From: Lepidodermella squamata | Taxonomy: Eukaryota > Animalia > Gastrotricha | Length of the DNA: 64,000 bases | NCBI GenBank assembly: GCA_047495785.1 | Contig: JBLDXI010000011.1 | Location: forward strand, 372,001-436,000 | Reading direction: 5' to 3' | Shown: in pieces, positions 10,728-22,069 of the stretch | Layout: each line of letters starts with the position of its first letter | How positions within the stretch are numbered: position 1 is the first letter of the stretch | Program-made: the position numbers and the translations under genes | Notes under the pieces: model-generated | Seen by the model: the letters and a program-made list of their open reading frames with translations, nothing else | Databases searched by the model: none | Told to the model about the DNA's origin: nothing

Positions 10728-12345
10728 TTAGCCTGGTGAGTCATCGTCATCAGAGCTTGCAGAATCTTCACTGCTGTCATCTGAAACGCTAACTTCTGAG
10801 GCACTGGTTTCAATATGAGAGGCAGATGGTTGTTTGTCGGCAGGCTCCGGCTTCTGAAAGGATTTTATCCAGTCCAGAACGGCCCGTTGAAGCCCGAGTG
10901 GACCAAACAACCGGGCAACATCAGATTCTGTGAATTTAGCCAACTCGTCAGCGTGCACGAAAGACTCTGCAATTATAAATAAAAATGAGATTCCTTTTCC
11001 ATCCTAGGAGAATTGAAGAATTGATAAGCCACTTCGTTCCAGGTGACGTAGATATCTACGGCACATGCTTCGTTCTGGCTTTATATCAAAGTTCTCGTTT
11101 CTCAACCCTAGGTTTTGCTGTAATTCTGTTTCTTCTTATTTTATGTATAAAAGGCTAGCTGACTAATAAATCTTACCTTGCATTCGGTTACATATGGCCT
11201 CCTTCAAGTAGTTGGGAATGATGGGGGAATCGCGAATCCTATTGAGATTCAGGATCTAGAAGATAAACAATTAAGTTATAAATCTTGTAAGGCCGTTACA
11301 TTATCCATCGCATAACTAAACGACTATCGCTGTAAAATTGTTCGCTTACATCCACGGTAATTAGGCTTGAAAGCACCGAAGACCGCTCGAAGTGTCTAGT
11401 CTGCTGCCGCATCAAATTCGCAACTTCCAGCTGCGTCTTCTGCCGCTCGATCGCTCGGTTCGATTTGTGAAAACCCTTGCGAAGAATCTCGTCAACAATC
11501 GCCGTAACCGTAGTCGCCCAAATTCCATGGCCCTCTTGGAAATTCTCAGTTTCCTCAAAGTTCGACTCGCCAGGCAGGCGTTGGACACCGAGAACGTTAC
11601 CAGTCGCTTTATCGACAATTGGAGCCCCAGCGACTGTTATCAAGTCTTTGCCGAAAGAATCGGGCAAATCTGCATCGGCCGAATGCTTGAACGTCTCGCC
11701 ATTGTCCTCCTTATTCAACGCTAGAATCAACCCGTTCGACCAGCCCCTTGGATAATGGAATAGCAGAATCGCTTTCTTGTTGCTGCCAAACGATAGCGAG
11801 CCAACAGTTGTTGATAAAGTGAGAAAATTATGATTCCGCCGGATTAAATGGCAAATCATTCGGCTTGATAGTTCGATAAAAGTGATATTGAGCCGCCGAC
11901 TGGCGAACCAAGCAGCGGAATCTAGGCCTAGTTGAATGATGACTTCATCCTCTCCACTAGCGGTGTGAAAATCAAGCCTCAAAGCCACTAAATTCGTCCG
12001 GCTGTTGATGAAGGTCGTCATTAGGCCGTAGACTATCGAGGAGCCGGTGCTTTGGAGGGGGAGACCGCATAGGAAACCGGTGCTGATGAGGGAATTCGCA
12101 TTTACTTTGCATACACCATAAGCGATTTGAAGGACTTCTTCGTCTGAAACCTCAGAAATCGGGGTTTCGACAGGTTTCGGCTCTTCAATCGGCTTTTCGG
12201 CCGGTTTTTCTGGTTTCAAGTCGGTTTTTTCGGGCTTCAAGCTGAGGCTGGTGGTTTTTCGTGGCCCTGATGTCGAGTGCATGGTCCCCGGCTCCCGAGT
12301 CATCGTCCGCATGAAGCTGACTTGCCTGCTGCTTTTTTCAGCCAT
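10728..12345 (-). CDS. Trypsin-like (serine protease fold) pseudo-protease with C-terminal SAM-like domain (exons 12345-11300, 11238-11177, 10966-10728; 448 aa)
   Basis: VCKV..STGFL, LMTT, ITFIEL, HYPRG, AGAPIVD..GNVLGV pattern of trypsin-2-like peptidases; GT-AG introns give an in-frame join to LVMRWI...HADELAKFTESDVARLFGPLGLQRAVLDWI (SAM-like). The first acceptor is uncertain. Confidence 0.65.
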
Positions 12346-13265
12346 TTTGTACGCTAGCGAACCTATGTATTGATTAAACAATGAAAACGAAAGTATTTTT
12401 TTACGCATGTGGTATCAACTTGGCTCCCTTGCTTTTTGCTGCGCCAATTTCGATGAATAATTGATGCCTGCAAAAAAGTAACCTATATCGATCGCAGCGG
12501 TCCGATGTCGATTCAAAAAAAGCGGCGTTATGCCAAATTTGCAATCGTTTTATTGATTTTTTTTGCGTGAGGACCAACAAGTTTTGATTTGGTTTGCTGC
12601 ATAACATGGGAAACAGTTTCCATTTCCAATGATGAATGATGTAACCTGGCTGTCTGGGCGGCTACTTCGGTGAAGATAACAGAATCCGGAGGTCGGCAAT
12701 GAGCATTGTGCCGAAGATGGACGCGCGTGGATATACACGGTGGAAATCAAGGAAATATAAAGGTTAAAGCCATATGACAAATCTTATTATGACAACTGCG
12801 TACTATTTTTTTCGATAGCTTCATAGCCATGAGGCATTTTTTAATGCGGCTTTCACCAGTCGATAGATCTAGTCTGCGGTAAACTTGCTTGATAATTTGG
12901 TGGGAAAGGGATTCGAGAGTCGACAGAAGAAATTAATGACGGAAATTTTGAAGATTTTTCATTAAATAGCCTCTCAAATTTGACGATACAGGGGCCTACT
13001 TTTTTTCTCGTCTGGTCTGGCCGGATACCCACCATCCGTACTGAAAGTCGCAGACTGATACTTTATTTGAGACCCGTCAAGCGATTTAGGCTTTGTCTAG
13101 CAAACTACGACGTTCTCCTCACATGTGATTCATGTTTTATTGCAATGTGTATCTTTGAGCGGATATTAAACCGCTGCGTTTATTAAAAAGCAGGTGAAGT
13201 ATTTATTCGCGAATGCCGGTTTCATTTCGATAAGTTGAAAAGTATTTCGCTGTAGAAATCAGTCT

Positions 13266-15261
13266 ATGCAATTGGCGACTCACTCTTTGCTGGTGCTGAT
13301 GGTGCATACGGCAATTATCAACGCCTATTATAGTTATGAAGAAATCGCTTTAATTCACCGAACGTTCCGTGATTCATGTCCGTTCGCTTTCTATAAGTGG
13401 CTGCCCAACAGGTTTTACGACAGCGAGGAACAATGGTTGCCCGAAATGCAGATAAGTATTTTCATGATACTTCGAGAACCCATCGATATCCGTGATACCG
13501 AACGCCAGCTGTCACTACGCACTGAATTATCTGTGTATTGGGATTGGCCGTGTGATAAAGACGAATTCTGTAAAAATCTCATGGCTGTCAACATCACAGA
13601 CTGCGCGGTAGATAGATTTGCCTTGGATGCACCCCTAGACGAGGTATGGTACCCGATTGTCAGCCATGTAAATGCTGCTTCCAGTCCAATGGCTATTATG
13701 GAGTAAGTTATATATCCTTAAGGGGCGATCTTGAGTCATCCTGGTGATCTCTCTGAATCTATAACCCGTAACCCCTGGAAGCTTCTAATATTGACTTTCG
13801 TGTTTTCCGTACTTGATTTAAGTTATCTTCTAGAGAGAGGTCATGACAACCCAAAGTCATTCCATTAGGTCACGATGGCACCCTAACCCACCCTAACTAA
13901 AGTTGGCTGATGAATATCCGTTGAGAATCGCAGCTTGAATTTTATCTCACTCTAGAACACCGGTTCCCAAAATTTCTGACGTGTATTACGCAGTCCTATG
14001 ATCATACCTTATAGGACACAATGAAATTGGAAATGGACAGAATTTATCTAGCAAAAAATTGATTGCTTGCCTTAATTGGTTTTTGGCCTTACTGGAAATT
14101 CAAAAAACACTCAGGTTTACGCGTAATTGAACTAGCCGTGCGAGCGAAACTAGGAAATCTTTTGAATTTTAAACTGAAAAACGGCATGTCACCTCCCACA
14201 AAGGAGACTGCGGGTTTTTCTAGACACTAGACCCTAGACCTCAGTTAACCCATTGTTTTCCAGAGGGTATTTCTAGCGATCTCGGATAAACACTAGTGAA
14301 TACACACTATAGATGCAATGGTAATTATTGACCATATTGAATTATTGAATTATTCAGTTCGCGGCCGTTTTACTCGGAGGAATTAAAGATAGGAGTACGC
14401 TCTATGCTTCGGGATTTCCAAATATGTGCCATTGAATAACGTGTACCACTTTTCAGGGCTATAATACAGTCGAAGGTCAACATCAAAATGGCATCCGGCT
14501 TATCTGAGTGGACAGCCAGAGGCAAGTTAGAATCTCAATGCCCGGAAAGCGCACACATTTCGAGCTTTCCATTCGATAATTTCGAATGCGCCATTATCAT
14601 CGACGGAATTAATTCAATTCGATTCAACAGTTTCGAACTAACAACCTCGTTCGACGATTCTGACATTGGTGAAGTTTGGACGTTCAAAGGGTATAACTAT
14701 TCAAGCAATTACGAAGGTGTATGCTGTATACAGCTTTCATTCATACTGAGGCCGGAATTCATCATCCAACAAGTCATCGTTCCCTGTTACATTCTGGCTG
14801 TGCTTCAGATTCTCGGACTCATCATGCCAGCTCGAATGGCCGACCGGCCTATTTACAACATCACAATCCTGCTTGCGTATTTTGTCATTCTCGGCATGAT
14901 TTTCGAGGCGATTCCCAAGTCGCCGCGTCCTATTTACCTGAGGATTTTGATCGAAACGAAGATTGGCATTGGGGCGGTTGTTACTCTATACACCCTGGTC
15001 ACACTTCGTCTTGCGAAATGGGAACCGTCAAAGCGACAGGTTATGAGGATGTGTTACGTGTCCTTCACTGGCATTGACATGATGGACGTGATAGCAGCGA
15101 TAACTGTAGTGACTATTTCGGCTATAGTTGATGGCATTCTGTTTCATTTAATGTTAGATCAAGATGAAATGAAGCACTACAATTCGTTGTGGCCCTTCGC
15201 TCAATGTTACGTATCGTTGTCAGTAATTATCAGTTATCAAATTATCAATAATATGCATTGA
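13266..15261 (+). CDS. Cys-loop channel copy 3 (exons 13266-13702, 14457-15261; 413 aa)
   Basis: Family motifs; in-frame phase-2 intron; extended C-terminus. Confidence 0.92.
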
Positions 15262-16271
15262 TTAACACAAAAAACCATGTTTGTCTGTCGGATTTTCTCA
15301 TGTGTTAATGACGAAAGTGGATATACTTCGGATTTTCGATGTGATTTATAGGATGCGTACATCGCTAGCATCGTTGTCGGATTAATAATGCTTGTTTACG
15401 TGAGTTTCAAGGCGCTGGTTACAAGTGAGAAGTCATTTGTGTTCCTCTAGGCTCTAGGTACACACTCCTCATGAAATGTTTCCATTTTGATGGAACAATA
15501 TGACCGGAAACAAGTGAAATTGGGGTTTGGCGAATTTTCTGTGTTTTCCAGCAAATGGCAAATGGTTGACTTGAAGAAGGATGATTCTTGGATTCCAAGA
15601 TTTTCCTACTCAGTTATTCTTGATGAGTTCAAATTTCCGAATTTCAGACATCTAGGATGCTCCTATCTTCCTTAAAATACGAAATACCCTGGATTCACCC
15701 TGGAAGGTCTTATTGGTTTGGGTTGTCGTAGAGACACTAATAACTTGATCCCGACATAATGTTTAAATATATCTAGCGAGATTTCTCACCTCAGGTTATA
15801 TATACCCTAAATAAATTCAACTGTGCTCAGGAAAATAGCATCAGAATTTATTGCGTAATTAGTAATTAATGCAATTAAAACTGAATTTTTTTAACGGAAA
15901 TTTTTTGAATTAGCATTTAACCTTTGAAGTCCATTTTCTCAGCCATCCTGATGAATATAAACCCATTTTTTCCCGTTCGTTTATCCCGTAGAAAGTGGCA
16001 TCAAAATCTCACGACGTCCAAAATGTCGCCAAACCCCACTTTTCACTTGTTTCCAGTCACATGAAATGTGAAAGCGAAATTCATGTTCTGGTATTATTTT
16101 GGCGGAAATGAAAAAATACCTGATCTGAATAAATTTCTGAAGCGCGATCGGCGAATCGGGCCTTGAGTGATCAAACAATTTCATAGATAACAATTCGATT
16201 GTTGATTCAAGCAATGCAGTGCCGAGATGCGTGTTCGTATTGGAAGGACTCTCAATTTTATCTAAGTTGAA

Positions 16272-17485
16272 ATGACGCAGTTGGCGAGGAACTTCCAGCT
16301 GGCTCTGCTAATAATCGCGCTGGCATGTAGCAGTACCTTCGCGGATTTAGAGTTCAGCGAGATCGAGACTATCGTCAACATCTTCCGCGATTCGTGCCCT
16401 TTCGCTCACTCTCAGTTGCTGCACAACCACCGCGTCAATGGAACCACGATGTCGCTGATTGACATTGAAACGAGCATCCTATTGAAAAACCCTGTTGACA
16501 TCCACGAAACTAGCCGGCGGATGGCAATGCTCGCAGATATTGGCGTGGCATGGCGTTGGCCATGCGAAATGGATGCTTTTTGCGAGAAGCTCACGGCGGC
16601 CAACGTATCTGGGTGCCCATCAGAAGGCGAATCGAAATTCTACATGTATGCGTCGATTGACGAAGTGTGGAGTCCTGCGATTTACCACAGAAATGCTGTC
16701 TCCAGTCCTAAAGTTGTAATGGAGTGAGGAAAGACTTTTTTAACGCATTTTTTTAACGGTGTTTTCTATGGTTTTTTTTCAGGTCCATACCGCAGTCCAG
16801 GATGAAAATCTATCCATTCAGGGGCTTCTCATCTTGGGGCACTTCAGCCAAGTTGGAATCGCAATGCTCGGAAAACTCGAAAGTTTCTCAATTTCCTTTC
16901 GACAGTTTCAAATGCACTGTAGTCGTCAGGCGCAACGAAGTCTCTATCAGCGACGCTTACGTCGAGGTCCGTCTCACGCCGGATGAGGAAGTCAGCAACG
17001 TATGGATGTTCAAACAGCATAATAATTCATGGAATGCAGTCCGTATCTCTATACAACTGACCTTCAAGCGCAAGCCGGGTTTCATCGTCCAGCAAGTCAT
17101 TGTACCCTGTTACATTCTGGCTGTGCTTCAAATCGTAGGACTGGTGATGCCGGCTGGGATGCCAGACCGGCCTGTCTACAACATCACAGTCCTGCTCGCG
17201 TTTTTCGTCATTCTCGGCATGATTTTCGCGGCGATCCCACCATCACCGGAGCCGATTTACCTGGTGATTTTGATCGAAACAAAAATCGTTATCGGAGCGA
17301 TTGTCACGCTTTACTCACTTGCAACCCTCCGCTTTGCGAAACGGGGTCTGTCGAAACGACTGATTATGCCGGTGTGCAATGTTTCACTCACAATCATCGA
17401 CGCGATGGACCTAGCTGCTGCAGTTAGTATCATAGCCCTCTCAAGCATAATTGATGCAGTTCTGTTCTACAAAATGATAGAGTGA
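16272..17485 (+). CDS. Cys-loop channel copy 4 (exons 16272-16723, 16783-17485; 384 aa)
   Basis: Family motifs; 59-nt intron. Confidence 0.93.
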
Positions 17486-18115
17486 ACGTGTCATCTTCTA
17501 TGGCTTCTGTTGTGAACATTTCGAGTAATTGATTACGAACGACGTCAACACAGAAGTCCTTGTTACGCCATCATTGTGGCACGCACTCCTGACCACTTCC
17601 AATTTTTTTTAATAATTTTATGCATGAAAAATGACTGGAAATTGAAGTACGTGTAAACTCGGGTCAAGTGTAACGTGTATCCACATTTCGCGTGCAGACG
17701 TGCAATTATAGCTCGGGTAAACCCGTATAACCAAATGTGTTAACACATTGACGTCACGTGTTAATCAGTAATCGCCTACATGCGCGCACCTGAAATTGTG
17801 CCATTGTTACGTAATCGACGCAAATGCGCCGCCAATTGGCGAGGATGGTCCTCAAGACAGGGTCAATAGGTGGGTGGTTGAGGAAAAAAACCCGAAAAAA
17901 AATCTCCAAGGTACCTAGCCGATAGCAAACACATCTACCACGTGTTACCACGTGCTGGTAGCTAAAGGGTTAAAACAGGCAAACGTTATAGTTTACAAGC
18001 TATACCAGGCTGCTGGTGACGGCTATATAAAAGGGGTCCATTGCGGTATAAGGAAAGCGGAAACAATATGACCCATCTGACATCAGCGTTGTAACTTGTT
18101 ATTTTGTATGCGTCA

Positions 18116-18888
18116 TCAGCGTCGACCGTTCCTATACACTATACATGCCAATACAGGTGGAGAGGCAGGAACGATCTCGTACATGAGAGATTTGTCTCCT
18201 TTCGCAGCAGTACAACAATCAGCAAAAGAGCTGAAAGTATTTTTCACAGCAGGAGATGACTGCAAGGAATAATAAACACAAGTATTAAATCGTAATTAGA
18301 TATAACAATTGATTCTTACAGTTGTTCCTGTTTTGAGAACTGAGTTGCATGCTCCAGCATTTGCCGTGCAGAATGGGACATTATCTTTTGTGTTTTGTGA
18401 CTGATGAATCACGGCACTGCGTCTTGGTTATAACACAATCTGTATGTGAGCTAATATTGGAAAATCGACATAATGAGAAATCTTTTTTTTTAATGGCTAG
18501 GCTTACGCTTACAGAGCTCGCGCAATAAGCTTGCCCATCGGGGCATTGAGTTGCTGTCGTTGCGATGCAATTTTTAGACGAAGTATCGCAAATATTGGCA
18601 GTTGGTGTGCAACTCTGGCCACCTTTCGCATGACGACGAGGCCGAGGATCCGGCACTTTTCGCAACGCAGCTGTTCGTTGCTGCATCGCATACGTTAGCA
18701 GCTGCCGCACAAGCCGATCCAGTGCTGCATTGCCTGGCGGTCGAATAACAGGCCTGGCCATTGGGGCAAGTTACTGGGAAATCAGCGGCAGCTGCCGACT
18801 TCGGACAAGGCGTTGTGGAGGCTGCAGGGCAAGCAGAGACAGCAGCACATAAAGCGGCAAAGATAGTGAGCTGGACGAAAAATTCCAT
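18116..18888 (-). pseudogene. Secreted Cys-rich repeat protein gene, frameshifted (pseudogene or sequence errors)
   Basis: Signal peptide MEFFVQLTIFAALCAAVSA; repeated C-x5-C-x6-C-x6-C units split across frames at ~18625; GTAAG...AG introns; last exon SSPAVKNTF...GRR*. Confidence 0.65.
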
Positions 18889-19464
18889 GTTGTCTGAGTT
18901 ATTCAGACAAAGTTATTCTGAGGTAATTATCAAGTAATTATCATTATCTGAAGAAATTATGGAGATAACAGATGCGGCCTCGGCGCTTAAATATCATAAA
19001 GTATGCGTAATATTTTTTTTGCATCACACCTTTTTAATAACTTCATAACTATGAGGAATTTTTTGAAGCGGGTTTCACCAGTCTGCGGTAAACTTTCCTC
19101 AAATTTTTGTTGGAATGGGGTTGGAGCATATAATCAAAGCTCTGGCTAGTTTGAGTCAGTTTCAAGGCGCTGGTGACAAATAAGTTATTTGTGTCTCCTC
19201 TACATTCTACATACTCGTGCAATTCTTCCATTTCGGTTGAACAATTGTAGATTATGACAGAGAAATTTATATATGTCATAGGGTATTTGGATATTTGTTT
19301 TATTCATTACGTATTGGGTATTGGCTTTATTTGAGCGGAAATGAAAAAGCCTGATCCTCATGTAGGTTCTGATGCGCGATCGGTGGAGCAATCAAACAAT
19401 TTCATAGATAGCAATTGGATTGTTGATTCGTATAGGAAGCACTCTTAATTCAATTGAAGCTGAA

Positions 19465-21151
19465 ATGAGTCAACTGGCGTCGAACTTCCCGCCGACTTTG
19501 ATAGTAATCATCACGCTGGTATGTAACATCACATTCGGGGATTTGGAGTTCAGCGAGATCGAGTCTATCGTCAGCATCTTCCGCGATTCCTGCCCATTCG
19601 CTCACTCTTCGTTGCTGCACATCCACCACTACAATGGCACCAAGATTTCGCCGATTGCTATTGAAGCGAGCATCATCTTAAAAAATCCTGTTAACATCCA
19701 TGACACTAGCCGGCAGATGGTAATGCTCTCGGACATTGGCGTAAAGTGGCATTGGCCGTGTGATATGGATGCCTTTTGTAAGCAGCTCGCGGCCGCCAAC
19801 GTCACTGGATGCCCGCCAACAGACAAATCGGAGTTCTACATGTATGCTTCGATTGACGAAGTGTGGAGCCCTACGATTAACCACAGAAATGCAGTCTCGA
19901 GCCCTACAGCTGTGATGGAGTGAGAATATAGACACCTAGTTTCCCAGGCTGTTTTGTATATTTTTCTAGCCATAGACGATGATATACAATTTCCCTGGCA
20001 GAAAACGTATATTGATTTTCCGATTTTCTCTCGTGTTGAAAAATTGATATTTTCTAGAATATCTCAGAACTTAGTAACGCTGTGAGAGAATTTTAAGTCC
20101 AATCAATATACACGCCCGAAAATTATTCGGGAATCAAAAAAATATCTGCCGGAAAAATTGTACATCGTCGGCACATTAGAGAAAAAACTAAATTAGTGAC
20201 TCGTATCCTCGGTTAGAGGGCCGCTTATATTATTCATGAGCAAAATTCCAAACTTTTTTGAAAGAGATACCTTTTGAAAGAGGCGACTTTTTCAATTTTT
20301 GAAATTAATTGAAATCAGAATAGGTGGAATATGGTGTTGGATGCCATAAAAAGTAGTCGCGTTCCGCACTCTTCAATTCAGCTCGAATAAATTCACTATG
20401 AAAAGATCGTTAGTTTCCTGTCTGTTACAGTGTTGTCTATGTTTCTAGGTCCATACCCCAGTCGAGGATGAAAATCTATCCATTCAGTGGCTTCTCGTCA
20501 TGGGGTACTGCTGCCAAGTTGGAATCGCAATGCTCGGAAAAGTCGAAAATTTATCAATTTCCGTTTGATAGTTTCAAATGCTCTGTAGTCCTCGGAGGCC
20601 ATGGAGGCTCTATCAATGACCCCTTCGTCGACGTCCGCCTTACGCCTGATGAGGAGGTCAGCGACGTATGGGTGTTCAAACAGCATAATACGTCATGGAA
20701 CGCAATTAAAATCTCAATGACTCTGACGTTCAAGCGCAACCCGGCATTCATCGTTCAGCAAGTCGTTGTGCCCTGTTACATTCTGGCTGTGCTTCAAATC
20801 GTAGGACTGGTGATGCCGGCTGGGATGCCAGACCGGCCTGTCTACAACATCACAGTCCTGCTCGCGTTTTTCGTCATTCTCGGCATGATTTTCGCGGCGA
20901 TCCCACCATCACCGGAGCCGATTTACCTGGTGATTTTGATTGAGACAAAAATCGTTATCGGAGCGATTGTCACGCTTTACTCACTTGCCACTCTCCGCTT
21001 TGCGGAGAGGGGTCTGTCAAAACGACTGGTTATGCGATTGTGCGATATTTCATTCGCAGTCATCGACTTAATGGACCTAGTTGCTGCAGTTACTATCATA
21101 GCCCTCTCAAGCATAATTGATGCAGTTCTTTTTTACAAAATGGTGGAGTGA
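19465..21151 (+). CDS. Cys-loop channel copy 5 (exons 19465-19919, 20449-21151; 385 aa), close paralogue of copy 4
   Basis: Family motifs; in-frame intron; upstream region also similar to copy 4. Confidence 0.93.
19971..20441. mobile_element. Intronic MITE (CATAGAC...GTCTATG termini)
   Basis: Short inverted ends; homologous to 27336-27868; makes this intron much longer than the 59-nt intron of copy 4. Confidence 0.7.
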
Positions 21152-22022
21152 GCATACCAATAAGATAATATGTCTTTTTGCATTGCGAGTAATCTCTTGT
21201 TAGTTTATTACGAAATAAAAAGCATATATGTCCATTCTCATAGCCAAGCTGAAACGTCCCACTGCATGTAAGAACGCTCGCGAGAAATCGTCTTGTTATG
21301 ATCGTCTTGGTATGCTTATAAGCGTTTTTAGCGGTGTCTTCCTCATTTCGTTTTTCTGTTCGCTTGGGGAGGGAATGAATCGAACATTTCGTCATGAGGA
21401 GTATTATATCCGCACGAGCATTAAATAACGTCGTATCAGTCGATTCAGTTGCGATTCAAGCGAAAGACCGGTTTCATTGTCCAACAAGCCAGCGTTAACC
21501 ACTTGCTGTAAATGAAAGCTTACCAAACAATGGGCTCTACATGGAATTCTCACACTTACATAAATAGTTCAAGTCAACTCAGTTATTACAATGCCCACGA
21601 ATGAACAAATTGTGTGAGCATTTAAGTATATGAATAACTGGCGATTAACGTGCTACGATCTCTTTAAAAAATCTTAATTCAATTTAGTACCTTTTCTCGG
21701 CGTAACTTTGTTACTGCAATTTTTTGTTCACAGTTTTTTCATTCGCAACTATTCACAATGCTTAGTTAACTTGAACTAATTATAGAAGTGTGATAATTAC
21801 ATTCTGAGCGTATTATTGAAAATGATGGAGAGTAATTTTCAAGAGGCGTCGATGAGGTGTGAATTCCAAAAAGCACCTTGATAAAAAACCACTATAGAGA
21901 AATGAACTGGACACAATTCGGCGCTTGGGAAATGTCTGAAGGTGGATGCCGGTGCAGCTTGAACTAGGCTGGACAACCAACAAGTTGTTCACACCTCAAA
22001 ATTCCTCTGTCACAAGCCGGTC

Positions 22023-22029
22023 TATAAAA
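22023..22029 (+). promoter_or_regulatory. Candidate TATA box of the M13 peptidase gene
   Basis: TATAAAA 47 nt upstream of the ATG at 22070. Confidence 0.5.
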
Positions 22030-22069
22030 GCAAGGCCTATAGCCGAAGCTTTCATTCCACCTGAAAACC

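Noticed and set aside
14721-15077. Recurrent alternative-frame and antisense ORFs over the TM exons
   Set aside because: Shadows of the conserved channel codons; starts and stops are inconsistent between paralogues
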